A stretch of 64,000 nt of DNA from Eledone cirrhosa (lineage: Eukaryota): the NCBI GenBank assembly GCA_964016885.1, contig OZ024743.1:101804001-101868000 (forward strand), given 5' to 3'. A program made the position numbers and the translations under genes. Of this stretch, positions 43,293 to 58,255 are shown in pieces. The notes below the pieces were generated by a model. The model was not told the DNA's origin. It was given only the letters and a program-made list of their open reading frames with translations, and ran no database searches. The stretch's first letter is position 1, and every line of letters begins with the position of its first letter.

Positions 43293-45112
43293 TGGCTGCC
43301 AACTGGTTTTTGAGTACTTTATATCCATGTAGGAGAACCCCTACCGAAGCGCTGAACGAGTGTGGCTTTTTAGTCCGGCCAGCAACTTGAAAACTCTGGT
43401 ACAAACACGACACTTGTGACAATTATTGACACCTAGTGCTGGGCCCATGGTAGCATGTGACCCAAGGTGTCGTGTGAGATCACTACTCGACCTGCATACC
43501 CTTCCACAAACATTACATGTCGTCGTCTGATGAACACTTATAGCTACACAGGTGCCTGTGTCCCTGTTCTTGTGCACTCTCAGGTGACACTTTAGACCTG
43601 CCATGCTCAGACAAACCCTATTACATGTCAGGTCAGACCGTCTGTCAGTGCCTTCGTGAAGGCCAACATGGATTCCTTTCCGGACATCTCTTTTTAGTGT
43701 CGCCTGCCTTCTTGTTTCCTCAGATATACTCTTGCCACTAGCCACTGCTTTCCTCCAATGCGATCTGTCGCTAGCACATGCTTCCCAGTGCTCACAAGGG
43801 ATGTTACTTTTCTTGAGCGCCCCATTGATGCAGCCCTTAAAACGCATCTTGGGTTTGCTCGCGTTCCTTTTTCCCATTTGGAGCTCGCCATAAAGCAGCT
43901 GCTTCGGCATTCGCTTGTCATTCATCCTTACAAGATGGCCTGTCCAGCGAAGCTGATGTTTCAAAATCAAGGACTCGACACTATCACAGCCATTTCTGTC
44001 CAGGAACTCGACTTCACTGACAAACATTTGCCAAGTTATGCCGAGGATTCGACGTACTGCTGGAACCTCTCAAGTCACTTCATCTGTCTACGGTAGACCA
44101 CCCACGTCTCACAAGCATAAAGAAGTGCCGCGAGCACACACGCATGATACACTTTGAGCTTTGTCGTACCGCAATTCCGTGTTGAAACCAGAATCGCTTG
44201 TTCAGTTTTCCAAAAGCATCACTGGCTTTCTGTATCCTGTTTGATATTTCCCCATCAAGATCGCAGGAATACTCTGAGTGGTTCCAAGATATACAAAACT
44301 GCCAATGACCCTTAGCCTTTCACCATAAACCAAAATGTTGGGCTCACAACATGGCTTCGCAGGGGCTGGTTGGTACATGGCCACTGTCTTTTTCAGGCTT
44401 ATGGTAAGTCCCAATGCAGTACACGCATTAGAAAATGCATCCATGAGATGCTGCATATCAATCACCGTGTGCGCTACCAGGTCACAGTCATCTGCATAAA
44501 GCAAATCTCTGATTAGTGAAAGCGAACCTTTGACATAGCATTGGACCTCCTGAGATTAAACAGCTTTCCAGTTGATCGATAGCGAACATATAAACCATGA
44601 TTGCAGTTCCCGAAGGCCTGTTCAAAGACAATGGAGAAGTACAAAGCAAAGAGCGTTGGAGCTGGGATGTGACCCTGTTTGACTCCATTCTCGACCGTCA
44701 CCGGCTCAGAGAGCTTTCCCCCAACATTTACCCATGCCATTTATCATGTCATCATGAAACAAACGCAAAACGGAAACAAACATCTCAGAGCACCCCAGCT
44801 TCCTCTTGATATCCCATAAAGCCTTTGTCAGATCAACAAACACCTGGTAGAGATCAACGCACTTTTCCCGCAGTTGTCTGGCTGTAAAGATCATGTCCAC
44901 AGTCCACGCCCAGCCGGAAATCCCGATTGCGACTCTGGTAAGTTTCATCAGCAATATGGAGCAATAAACGGTCCAACAGAATTCTACAGAGAAATTTGCC
45001 GACAACAGACAGCAGTGATATCTCACGATAGTTTCCGCAGTTATCCCTGTCTCCCTTTCCCTTGTACAAAACAACCATCACAGCATCCTTCCAGTCATCG
45101 GGAACATGATTG
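43290..45112 (-). mobile_element. 5'-truncated degraded RTE-clade LINE (RT + C-terminal C2H2 fingers)
   Basis: LYKGKGD..CGNYREISLLS, DMIFTARQL, FVDLTKA, GVKQG, LYADD, QLRWTGHL, followed by three C2H2-like motifs. Confidence 0.9.
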
Positions 45113-45464
45113 AATATATATACATATACATATACATATACATATATATATATATACTGTATATATATACATATTTATATATAAGTGCGCTATATATAAA
45201 TAAATATATATATATACATTGAGCCACATCGTGAATGGTTGCCAAAACACATATATATCTGTGACTTTGTTTAATTGGTGTATGTGTAAATATATATATA
45301 TATATATATTTATATATAAGTGTTAGAGAAAGATATATCTTATAGATACAGTGTAAGCGGGACTGTTCCAATTTGTATTTGCATATAAACACATTTAATA
45401 TATAAATACTTATGTATATATATATATATATATATATATACATTCTAACTGTTGTGTAACCATT

Positions 45465-45534
<70 letters not shown>

Positions 45535-45730
45535 TATATATATATATATATATAGAAATTGTTACACAACAGTTAGTTCACCATACCGAGAACAATTGTT
45601 TCACCTTAGCGGATCCTCAGCTCGTATGTGTATATATATATATGTAAAAGGTAAACACAAATAACAACACAATCGGTATAGTATATGGAAGGAATATATT
45701 AGGTTAACGCTTGAAATAGCAGGAAGAGGG

Positions 45731-45766
45731 TCTTAACGTTTCGGACGCTAGGCCTCCATCAGAAGA
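45731..45766 (-). ncRNA. Degenerate hammerhead (family A)
   Basis: TCTT CTGATGG A GGCC-TAGC-GTCC GAAA CG T T AAGA, with A9G and a stem II mismatch, in element 45643..45862. Confidence 0.6.
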
Positions 45767-45858
45767 AAGAAAGAGAAATAAGATAGATTGAAGGGTCGAG
45801 CGGGGTGGTATAAAAAAATTAACTTTAGATAAAAATAACAGGTCCATTCATGTTGACA

Positions 45859-45896
<38 letters not shown>

Positions 45897-46200
45897 TTCA
45901 TTTTGTTCTGAATCTGAAGCACTCCTTTCATTTATCTACAGTCTCTACATACATTAAAAAAATTAAGGAAAAAATCTCCATTTATCGAAATATAACATGG
46001 TGGTTCTGTGAGTGCTTTTATTAGAAAAACCATTAAGAAATTGTTTTCATAAATTTAATATCCAGTAATTATTTGTTGTTTTAGCATTAATTCTTGTTTC
46101 ATTAGGTTTCCTACATCGCCATTAACTTAATGAACCATACAGACAGATAATAACTACACCTCCAATATTTTACTGTCTCATGGCAAACAATTTATATATA

Positions 46201-46590
46201 CGAGTGTAGGCTGAAAAGTTCAGAGGCTGACTAGGAAGGATTGATGCTAGAGCTGTGAAATCTTGCATGTATTAATTTCAACTCTTCTTATTAATAATTA
46301 CATTGTTTCTTTCTAGGGACGATGTTAAAAAATAAACCTCACTTGCAGTGCCGGATTTACCATTGTGCTTAAGTGCAGGGTCCCGTTGACCGGGGGTGGA
46401 TGTGGGGCTGAGGGTTGGGGAGCATCTGCCTGCCAAAATACTTTTGACCTCCTTCAGGGCCTAAGAATGGGACTTCATAACTTAACTAGCACAGGGTCTT
46501 ATTTGTCCTAAATCCCAAATCCAGTACTGCTCATTTGGTCATTCCATGAAGGTATATTGATCAGCCTATGAACTTTTCAGCCATCCCTCG
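46201..46590. mobile_element. Mariner-type MITE
   Basis: TA-flanked imperfect TIRs CGAG..AGGCTGAAAAGTTCA.AGGCTGA / TCAGCCTATGAACTTTTCAGCC..CTCG. Confidence 0.8.
46346..46529. mobile_element. hAT-type MITE nested in the mariner MITE
   Basis: TIR CAGTGCCGGATTT / AAATCCAGTACTG and 8-bp TSD CTCACTTG / CTCATTTG. Confidence 0.75.
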
Positions 46591-47894
46591 TATTTGACTG
46601 AATGTGCTGCTAATCTATAAACTCCTTATCTGAATCTCATTAAAATAGACATGGTGTTAGTATTTGTATTTTCTTACTGTTTTCTGTCCCTGGATTACGA
46701 CCGTGATATCTATCCATCTTCAATAGTCTTAGACGAACCTGTACCTATTTGAAATTTGTATTTATTTGATCGATTTGTATTTATTAAATCACTAGAGTAC
46801 GGTTCATAAAAGGATACAAAATCATTAACAACGAACACAGTTTTTAAAAAGGCTTAAACATAAACGTACACTCACACATACGTACAGAGAGAGAAAGATA
46901 GAATAAGAGAGAAACCGAGAGAGGGGGAGGGGGGAGACAGGCAGAAAGAGAGAGGGAGAGAGAGAGAGAGAGAAACACAGAAAGAGAGGGAGAGAAAGAC
47001 AGCAAGAGAGAGAGAGAAATACAGAAAGAGAGAGAGAAAGACAGAAAGAGAGATAGATAGATAGATAGATAGATAGAGATAGAGAGATAGAGACATACAT
47101 ACATATGCACCTACATGTATATATGTAGTGGCTGCTGGTCACATATTTTCTGTCAATAAATATATTTTACCCAATTTTCTAACGCTATTATCAGTGTAGC
47201 GAATTTGTGGGTGAATTCCAACATTTCAAATCCTCAAAACGTCTCGATATCATTCTCAGCATCCCGTCTGAGGAAGGAGCCACGCGAGGTTTAGTGGCTG
47301 TCCGCGGAAATGCTCTTGTGGTCTTGTCCGCGAAGCGGAGCCCCAACACCGCCTTGCCCTAGGCCTAAAGCCTATAATTCTCCCTTCTCCTCCCCTTTCT
47401 TCTGTGATACTAGAGCCGCCACCCTTCCCTTCATTTTCCGTTTTTAAATATCTGTAGTGTTGTTGCGCGCGCGAGCACGCATATATTTTTTCAATGGCGT
47501 ACTAAAAAGCGAACTGGACCAGCGATGACCAAACCTATTAGTCTCTGCTAGGTCGACAATTTATCGAACAAGCTAATTTCGACCAATTATTTTTATCATG
47601 TGTTTAAATTCGTAAATATTTGATATTAATTGGTAAATATATGTGAGGTTGTATATATATGATATCTACGTCGATATTGTAATATATGTAAGTATATGTG
47701 TATGTATATGACAATGATAACTACTCCCCAGTTACGAATACACTCATATATAGGCACATATGCATATACATAATTCAGTCAAGAAAAACTATATAAAATG
47801 TTATGTCGTTGTCCTTTTACTCAAGGTTAACCTTTGTCGGCAGATCTATGATGAAATACATACTAAACATTACTATACTGTATTATTCTAAATA

Positions 47895-48298
47895 ATGGTG
47901 GTGCTGGGGATTCGCAGTATCGGTAGAGCGTCAGACACCATGCTTTGCAGCATATATTTACGACCCTTTATGATCTGAGTTCAAATCCCGCCGAGGTTAA
48001 CTTTGCCTTTCATCCTTACGGGTTCGAAAAACTAAAATACCAGTAATGCACTGGTGAAATATCTGGCCTTGTGTCAAAAGTAGAAACAATTATTCTACAT
48101 AAGGCAGAATCGGTAGAGTGTCGGACAACATGCCTAGTGGCATAGAATTATGGCCATTTACATTCTGAGTCCAAATCCCATCGAGTTTAGCTTTGTCTAT
48201 CCTCCTTACTGGGTCGATAAAATATAGTATCAGACATGCACTGAGGTCGATTTAATCGTTGGCCTTCTGCCTAAATCAGAAACCATTATTCTAAATAT
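47895..48298 (+). mobile_element. Two head-to-tail tRNA-derived SINE copies
   Basis: The motif GCAG.ATCGGTAGAG.GTC.GAC...CTGAGT.CAAATCCC...AGAAAC.ATTATT occurs twice. Confidence 0.75.
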
Positions 48299-48889
48299 CA
48301 ATATTTATTAAAATAATTAATATTGTTTATTAATTACAGAAACCGCAGTTAGGGGGACGATACGAGAGAAACTTACTAATACTAGTTTGCTTAGCTTATA
48401 TTCCCCCACTGGATGTTTTAGCATTAGATAGAATATGTTCAAGTGCTTTTCTGATTGGATGCTTATCTTTTTATTGAGGTGTCCAAGTATATTATTTACA
48501 AATAACTTTCTGTTTGATATTTGCTTCTCCTTAAGTGTTGAGTTGATATACGGGTATAATGGGCGCTATTTCTAGCGTCACTACGAAATCATCATATTGT
48601 TCTGATATGCACATATCTATTTAGTAGTCGAACTACGTACGTGGTATCGAACGCATTATGCTGTTTTGAGAAGGACAAGGTCTGTATACTATATATTGAA
48701 TATCTTTCTACTTCCAAGGATCCTTCTGACGAAGAAATTTCTTCCAATATTGGTTGTCTTAACTTATTAGGATAATTAATATAGTTTATTAATTACAGAA
48801 ACTACAGTTAGAGAGATGATACGAGTGTAACTTTCTAATATTAGTTTATCTAGCTTGCATTCCCCCAATGGATGTTTTGGCATTAGTTA

Positions 48890-49785
<896 letters not shown>

Positions 49786-50272
49786 TGTGTTACTGATATT
49801 TGGGAAAGATCAGACAACAAACGGGTGCATAACTATAACTAATAACATTACAACAAGGATGTATAGAATTTCAAACTGTAACGTTATCTATGTGATATCA
49901 AACGAGCAACTGATCGCTCAACCTTGAACTGCATTCATGTTAAACGCACTGAAAATCAGCGATTGAACATCAGTTCAAATCAACTCTATAATACTATATG
50001 AAATGAGTCGTGACGTAACGGTCAATAGTTCGTCTAAATATGTTATGATTCACTGTAACCAAATTTACCCCAGCAAACATGGACGCAGGCATGCTGTGTG
50101 GTTAATATGCTTGCTTCGCAATCGCATGTCTTTCAGTTTGATTCCTATGCCTGTTTTCTAATATAGCTTCGGATTGATCCGTATGTAGTTGACGGCCGAG
50201 AGAAAAAAAAGTACTGTACTGAATACTGAAGTAGAGTTTAAATATTAATTTTATAAGACTAAATAGTGAGTG

Positions 50273-50318
50273 TTGTTACTCTAGAGTTTCACCTGCTTCT
50301 CACAGCGCCATCAGACAA
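50273..50318 (-). ncRNA. Type-I hammerhead (family K), degenerate; mirror copy 50331..50376 plus, within fold-back 50249..50401
   Basis: TTGT CTGATGG CGCTG-TGAGAAG-CAG GT GAAA CTCTAGAG T A ACAA. The consensus of the two arms restores CTGATGA. Confidence 0.65.
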
Positions 50319-50403
50319 GTACCCATGTTCTTGCCTCATGACACTGTGAGAAGCAGGCAAAACTCTAGAGTAACAAGACCCACTATTTAGCATTATAAAA
50401 TGA

Positions 50404-50452
<49 letters not shown>

Positions 50453-50459
50453 AATACAT

Positions 50460-50517
<58 letters not shown>

Positions 50518-50882
50518 GGAAAAAATGAAACGAAATTTCATTTCTCACTCTTAGTACGGCTGTTACTTAAATATAAGTATGTATACGTACATACATATAT
50601 GTATACAGACGTACAGTAGTATATATATATGTTTTTTCTCTCTCTATCTATCTCTCTCTGTTTTTTCTTTACATGAATTTCTTCTCTCTATCTATCTCTC
50701 TATATCTATCTCTCTCTGTTTTTCGTTGCATGCATTTCTTCTTTTTCTTCGCTTTCTTTCTTTCTTTCTTTTTTTCTCTATAACTGTCCCTAACATTTTT
50801 CACTACCAAATCAACTTTTTAAATGGAAGTTGAAGTGTAAGGTATGTCAAATCTATCTATTTATAAGACTGTTTATATTGTA

Positions 50883-50944
50883 TTTTGTCTGATGAAGGCA
50901 TACCATATTTTTAATATGATATCCCTGAAATATATATAACGAAA
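50883..50944 (+). ncRNA. Type-I hammerhead (family L)
   Basis: TTTTGT CTGATGA AGGCATACCATATT-TTT-AATATGATATCCCT GAAA TATATA T A ACGAAA. Confidence 0.8.
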
Positions 50945-50986
50945 TAAATATGGTTTTATAAATATAGTTTCCATTTATTTAATATC

Positions 50987-51041
<55 letters not shown>

Positions 51042-51182
51042 CATGCACACACATGTATATGTACGTATGGATTCACCAAACATTTATTATAATGCTCGGT
51101 GTGTTTGTAAACAAACATCCCGAATTAAGCCGTACAGTGTATAGCAATCATTGTTGCTCATTTGTTCAACACTGACAAAGGA

Positions 51183-51225
51183 ACGCTGTACTAGTTTCAA
51201 GCTTATTAGTTATCGTCAGCAACGT
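51183..51225 (-). ncRNA. Type-I hammerhead (family H), second copy
   Basis: ACGTTG CTGACGA T AACT-AATA-AGCT T GAAA CTAG T A CAGCGT. Confidence 0.7.
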
Positions 51226-51551
51226 ATACCTTCCTGCCAGATGGTTGAACGTCTGAAAGTATATATTTTCCTTATGCATATTAACGGCAGAGCAGCCTAA
51301 TTTGCATATCGAGTGAGTTAATCGGCCGGGGTTATATACGCATGCACACACATATATAGGTATATAAGAAAAGAGTCAGGACCCCGACGGCTGAGCCCCA
51401 GCAGATTCGACAGCTAGATCCGAACGGGGTCCTGACGCTTTTCCTATTACCCACCCTACTACCCTAAGTATCGAGTACTCTGGTGCGTTATGGTCCACCT
51501 GATATCTTACCACACCTTCTTTTTATATATATATATGTATATATATATGTG

Positions 51552-51583
<32 letters not shown>

Positions 51584-51596
51584 ATATATATATATA

Positions 51597-51671
<75 letters not shown>

Positions 51672-52456
51672 ATATATAGTATATATCTTTATATATATAT
51701 ATATATATATAAAAATTCTTTTTTTTATACATGTGTTGTTGAAGACATGACTGTTTACCAGTTTTGGTTGCATTTTGCTATATACCTATAATAAAAGACA
51801 AAAATAAACCAACACCAATTCTAAAGAGGTGATTGCGATTGTCTGAAAACGTCAAAATTATGAAAGAAGGAACTTTATAGTTCTAGACTATAGATATTTT
51901 ATTAGAAAATATGGGAATCTAATAAAGAAATTGAAACTAGAATGTACTTGTGTCTCCGACAACAACACACGCATACACACACACGTACTCACACACAACA
52001 CAAATATATATATATATATATGATTACATTTTTAAACAATGTATATAGGCGAATGATCTAAACATCCACACCTCTCTCCCGGAAACCCGTTGCTTTTCAA
52101 TCGAAGTCTCTTGTGATATTTGTTCTCAATCAAGTTAAACATTATATCCGTCATTCTAATAATTCCCTGACTAGAGATATAACATTGTGTTCTATGTCAT
52201 ATATTGTGTTGAACGCGGGATTTGAACTCAGAGAGCGAAGAGAGTCGGAACGAATTCGCCGCATCATACACCATAAGGTATGCTATTTAACCATTAAACC
52301 TCATTGTATAGTGAAATGTAATAATATCTAATATTCTGAGTTTAGAGTTAAACCTCCTGAATTTTGAACATATTTTATCATTCACGCGTTTAATCTTTGA
52401 CTCTAACACTCACCACATCTTCCTCTAGCGAGTCTGTAATTTTCTTTATATAATAA

Positions 52457-53048
52457 CTAGCAGTGGTACCCGGCGTTTCACGGGATAAGGTATTGTGAAA
52501 TATATAACCGCCTTAGCTAAGCTTAGTATTGCCACAAACACGGCTGGCAAAGAAATAAAGGTTTGGTGGTACGTAAGTAGCAACACTGTGGCTTAAAACG
52601 TTAGGAAGAAGTTGTGTGCACTTACCAACTGTTTGGGGAATAAGTGTGAGATTTGTCTTGAGCAAGGGTGGCAGAATAACCGGAGGCAGCAGACCGCCAG
52701 ACATACAGACATATATTATAAGGGCGCGTTCTGGACGCAGAGCGAATTGTAGGAAGTGACGTAATGCAGACAGCCAGACATACAGACAGATATTATAAGG
52801 GCGCGACGTTATATGTATGTATCTATCTAAAAAGAGAAAGACTAAGAATTATAGAGAGAGATCGCTAAATCGTCTAATGCGGTCCCTAGGACATTGAAAA
52901 TTTGAAATTGTCTTTTGCTCAGAACACTCCCTGAAACATAAGTATTATATGTGTAAAGTTTGAAAACAGTCGGTTAGGTGGTTCTCTAGTTTTAGGGATT
53001 CAAACTCACACACACACAGACAGACATCCTCAGTTTTATATATATAGA
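52457..53048 (+). mobile_element. Helitron/Helentron-like non-autonomous element
   Basis: Starts ACTAGCAGTGGTACCCGGCGTTTCACGGG and ends CAGACAGACATCCTCAGTTTTATATATATAGA. Confidence 0.65.
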
Positions 53049-53320
53049 CTAGCAGAAAACCACCCGTTGGGCGGTTTTCTGCTAGCAAATCTAGTGTATA
53101 TACTGATACTGTTGAGATTTGGATGAGAAATGTTTTCGGCACCACATGTTCACCCTCTCTCGGTGTGTCTTTTATGCATGTATAAATATATATGTTATCT
53201 ATACGGTGAAATCTTTGAAATAAATATATGTTAAAACGAAAAAGGAAAAAAAGAGATTAGTGACGGAACTATAAACGTTATGATACATAAACGTTATGAT
53301 ATAACGATGGAAATATATCT
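53048..53320 (+). mobile_element. Helitron-like element start with terminal hairpin (homologue 60024..60315)
   Basis: CTAGCAGAAAACC...GGTTTTCTGCTAG hairpin and a shared downstream block AAAACGAAAAAGG...ACGGAA.TATAAAC.TTATG. Confidence 0.5.
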
Positions 53321-53553
53321 TCAAATGGTCCTTGGCATGGTGTCAAGTCAGAACCGCCTCGAACTGGTTACTTCTGGCTTGTGCAAGGTGTCTCTATAGC
53401 AACCAGCGATTCCCTCGGCCTCAGTGACCAAAGTCAGTGGAGACGGGAAGGTAATGTTTCTATAGCGACAGTGTTTCTCTTGGTAGTACCAAAGTGGAGA
53501 AAGGAAGGGGAAGGTAATATTTCTGTAGCACCTACATTTGAGTTTTAGGGAAG

Positions 53554-53587
<34 letters not shown>

Positions 53588-53596
53588 GAAATGCCC

Positions 53597-53605
53597 ATAT
53601 ATTTC

Positions 53606-53674
<69 letters not shown>

Positions 53675-53696
53675 CACACACAGAAATGTATATATA

Positions 53697-53745
<49 letters not shown>

Positions 53746-53937
53746 CACACAGAAATGTATATATATTTCTGTGTGTATATATATACATTTCTGTGTGTGT
53801 ATATATATATTACACACACAGAAATGTATATATATTTCTGTGTGTATATATATATATTACACACACAGAAATGTATATATATTTCTGTGTGTGTATATAT
53901 ATATATATTACACACACAGAAATGTATATATATTTCT
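53597..53937. repeat. Minisatellite of self-complementary units (TTTCTGTGTG..(TA)n..CACACAGAAA)
   Basis: About 6 variable units, read directly. Confidence 0.85.
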
Positions 53938-54059
53938 TAGAACAAAATTATTATTAATGTTTTGCTGTTCATAACAATTGGAATTGAAAAATTACTTTTG
54001 AAATTATTAGTTATTTTACTAATGCTTAGATATGTAAAAATGAAGCAATGTTTCTAATA

Positions 54060-54250
54060 ATTGTTTCTACTTTTGGCACAAGGCCAGCAATTACACAGTA
54101 CATTACTGGTACTTTATTTTATCGACCCCGTGAGGATGAAAGGCAAAGTTAACCTCGGCAGTATTTGAACTCAGACCGCAAAGGGACGTAACTCCATGCT
54201 ATGAAGCATGGTGTCCGACTCTCTACAGATTCTGCCAATCCACCGCCCCA
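54060..54250 (-). mobile_element. tRNA-derived SINE
   Basis: Homologous to 36740..36928. Confidence 0.75.
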
Positions 54251-54834
54251 ATGTCTGTACGTAATGAGGGAGTGAGAGGGGAGAGAAAGAAATGCAGAGG
54301 TGAAGTGACGAAGTGACTCTCTCCTCCTTCTCCTCCTCCATCTCCCCATTCGTCACAGCGATAGAGGGCAGGAATGTTAGTGTGTTACAAAGAGAAAGAG
54401 TGAGAGTGAGAGAAACAGACAGACTAAAAGAGAGAGATAGCTGGAGAGAGAGAGAGATAGCAACCACGCGCGCACGTGTTTCCACTGTCGGACAGACAGA
54501 CAGAGAAATTGCTGGTTATATATTATAAGGAGATAATACATCTTAATGTAACTCAAAAAGTCTTCGACGTATCAATTACTAGTTTTCACGTTCACTGTAG
54601 TATGAGTTATATTTTATTATGAACGAGATAGAGTCGATTGTATAGAAGTAAGATTGAAATTGCTGACGAAAGAATAGAAAAGTTCTGGACGAAGAAGAAA
54701 TAAAAACATCTTAACGGAAATTGTCATTTCACATGTAAGGCAGAGAAGTGAAAGATTTCCAAATACCAGGAATTGAACGGTAACTTCTCCTGCCGGTTGC
54801 CATCAGCATCTCAGGTATTCTCGACCTCTGAACT

Positions 54835-54935
54835 TCCACAGAGGAGCAGAAGTTAACCAAATACTGGGAGTTGTCCAACCACTTCCATTTCATGCCGGTC
54901 ACCGTCGAGACGTCTGGTATCCACGGTCTCTGAAC
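54835..54935 (+). mobile_element. CRE-type non-LTR RLE-domain fragment
   Basis: EEQKLTKYWELSNHFHFMPVTVETSGIHG resembles the K..KY...F.P..VET.G motif. Confidence 0.6.
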
Positions 54936-55171
54936 TGCCGCCAAATTGGGAGAGGTACACCCCAGCTTTCGCCACCTTGTCCTCTGGGTGAAGCTGAGAT
55001 ATACCCCGCCTAAACTAGGATGTAGAGACGGCTGATCTCTCCCACGGCTTCTCAATTTCATTATTTATTGATTTTCCTTGGTTTTTATTATAAATATTAT
55101 ATAATTTAATTTGTTGAATAGAATATAACTGAAACTTAATCTTATTCACACACACAAATACACAGACACAG

Positions 55172-55206
<35 letters not shown>

Positions 55207-56404
55207 CACACACATAGACACACACACAGACACACACTCACATACACATACACACACGTGTACACACCCCCACACAGACAATGACCGAACGAGTGGTCTC
55301 GACATGGCTATTTTCTCTGCGAAACATGGTAGCCAAAGCTACTTCGAATTCAAGCTAACTGTCTTACAAAAAAGACTCAGTTTGTAATGTAGATTTAGAT
55401 GTACCATGATTGAATTATATTAAAATATAGTGAATCCAAGCTAAATTATTCCACGACAAAATATGTACACCAGAAAGCAATATTTGTTGAACGAACGAGG
55501 GGAGATACTGGCTAATTGTATTCCCTAAACAATCACAAAAGTATATATTCCAGTAAATAGAACACACATTCCCCCAAAATTGAAACTACTTACAACAATC
55601 TATCAGAGTCAGCCAATTAGAATACCAGCACTTAGTAAAGCTGTAAGGCCATATTTAGATCCAAGGGATTATAGTAAGAGCTAGGATAATACGAGTATCA
55701 TGAAAGCAAGCCAAGCGAATAGTATAAAGAATTTATATTCATATTCATACACACACATACATATACGCACGTACGTACGAACATACATACATACGTATAT
55801 GCGTACATGCATACATGCATACACACATACATACGTACATGCATACATGCATACATACATACGTACATGCATACATGCATACATACACACATACATACGT
55901 ACATTCATACATGCATACATGCATGCATACATACATACATACATACATACAGGCGCGGGAATGGTTGTGTGTTTAAGGAGTTCACTTCGCAGCAATGTGA
56001 TTTTGGGTTCGGTCTCCTTGTGTGATACCAGGGGCACCCGTCCATCCAACCGACCAATTAACCGAGAAACCCTTCAATCAATCAACCAAACAATCAGCCA
56101 ACCAAATAATCAACTAACCAAGTAATCAATGAAACCGCCAAAGAAACAAACAGAAATGATTCTAAAAGTCAACTGGAACTTGTAACACAAATATTTTGCA
56201 ATTATTTGATCTCCAAACAATATAGTATTTTTAGTTGAAATATCGACTTATCTTTGGTATAGTGTTTACAAAATAGAAAAAAAAATATCAGGATGTTGCC
56301 ATCGATAAGAAATGTCAAGTTAAATCCACAACGGATGCTTTTGTAATGTAATGTTATTTGAGTACACAAGGAGCGATCAAAACAGAAACCTCAGCCAGTG
56401 GTGG

Positions 56405-56665
56405 GGATGATGATGATGATGATTATGATGACGATGACAACGTTGTCGGTGATGATGATGACGATGATGATAATTACAACAATGATACCGATGATGATGA
56501 TGATGAAGAAGAGGAGAATGAAGTAAAAAAATGATAATAATGATCATGATGACAACGAGGATAATAATGATGATAATGACGGTGATGGTGATGATGATGA
56601 CGATACTGATGATGATAATAATAATGACGATGATGATATTGTTGATTATAAGGACGATGATGATG
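56405..56665. repeat. Degenerate (GAT)n/(AAT)n trinucleotide repeat
   Basis: Direct reading. Confidence 0.9.
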
Positions 56666-57059
56666 ACTTCTGAGTTACTAATTTCCGTAACTAGTCAATC
56701 ACATCGTAGATACTTGCTACTATTGGATTTTTTTCTCGTCTTCCATTGTTAAATTTTTATTCTCGACAATGAAATTATTCTGTTGTTTGCTTTTGCTTTG
56801 GATTTTTATATATTTTGTATCAAGATATCTATTTTATTTTAGACAGACAGGTCTCATTCGATTAATGAACTTATTTCAGCAATATTTAACATCCTCCCTA
56901 ACTTACCCTTCTCTAATTTCACTGGTTTCTCATAACAAGACACACATGTCCAGCGGAGAAATATAACGCTGTGATGTTAATGTCGTAATGAAAGGTACAA
57001 GGCTAGCTGTTTGATGGGAAGGGTCTAAAGTGTGTCTCGAAATCGGAGGCTCATCAAGC

Positions 57060-58224
57060 CGATGCTTATACCGGTTTCCGTGGCATGAAGCGACTGAGTG
57101 GAAAATACTCACCCACCATGGATAGGACACCAGTCCATCTCAGGGTTAAACTGCCAGCTATTGCTGGTACAATTTCAGCTGAGTATATTGGAGCAACGTG
57201 AAATGATGTGTTTTGCTCACGAACACAATACACAACCCAGTCGAGGAATCTTAAGTCCAACACACCACTAGGTCATGCGCCTCTACTGGTGGGAAAGGCA
57301 AAGTCGATCAAATCGACCTAGTTATTATGTTTTATTGACCTCGGAATAATGAAAGACAAAGCTGACCTCGGCCAGTCCACCACGCTTAATGATTTGTAAT
57401 TTAGCCACAGGGCTAATCATTTCTGTGTAGGGGAAGTTGATTAAATCTACTCCAGTACCTGAACGATATTTTATTTTATCGGCTTCAGAAGGATGAAATG
57501 TAAAGGTCCATTTCTAAATGCTGCAAAGCTCTAATGATTATGCCAGTTCACTGCGCTGAAATGAATTAATAATTGTTTCTACTTTTGGCACAAGGCCAGC
57601 AATTACCCCAGTGTATTACTGGTGCTTTATTTTATCGACCCCGTAAGATTAAAAGACAAAGCTAACTTCGCCAGGCTATGAATGCAAATCGTAAAGGTCC
57701 ATAACTCTATGCTGCAAGGCATGGTGCCTGACGCTCTACCGATACTGCCAATCCATCGTCCTATGACTTAATAATGTACGCGAAGTGAAGTTATTGCAAC
57801 CAGGCGTCAAAATCATGTTATGGACACGGTTTGCCGGGGACTAGTCTTCGTTCTTCACCGATATATTCCTCGATATTATTCAATGATTTCATCTCAACTG
57901 ATTCTTATCAAATTATTGGTATGTTCAGTTTCTTTAGCATCTTTTGTACCTTTGACCTGGGAAAACCTGGCTGAGCAGACACATGAAAGCTATCCCAGCA
58001 ATGACGATCCTATCTTTTTTAGAGATATCTACGGTTGTTTTGTCGAAAGGACATTGAGGAGAAATTTCTAGGAGATCCAGCAGTAACCACATTGATGTTC
58101 TCTCCTAACAAACCAGCTCTAATAGAGCAATACTATGATCAAAGGCTTTCCAGCCGTCAGCATCGCATCGTTTTCCTCTAATCATATGTGCAAAGAGAAC
58201 CACATACAAAGTGTGTGTGTTCGC

Positions 58225-58255
<31 letters not shown>

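Noticed and set aside
47264-47340. CTGAGGA plus a hairpin resembling a hammerhead
   Set aside because: GAAA is not adjacent to stem II and there is no clear stem III or UH. It is at best a decayed motif.
48725-48745. Isolated CTGANGA motifs (also 34418 and 54663)
   Set aside because: The remaining hammerhead elements are absent, and such 7-mers are expected by chance.
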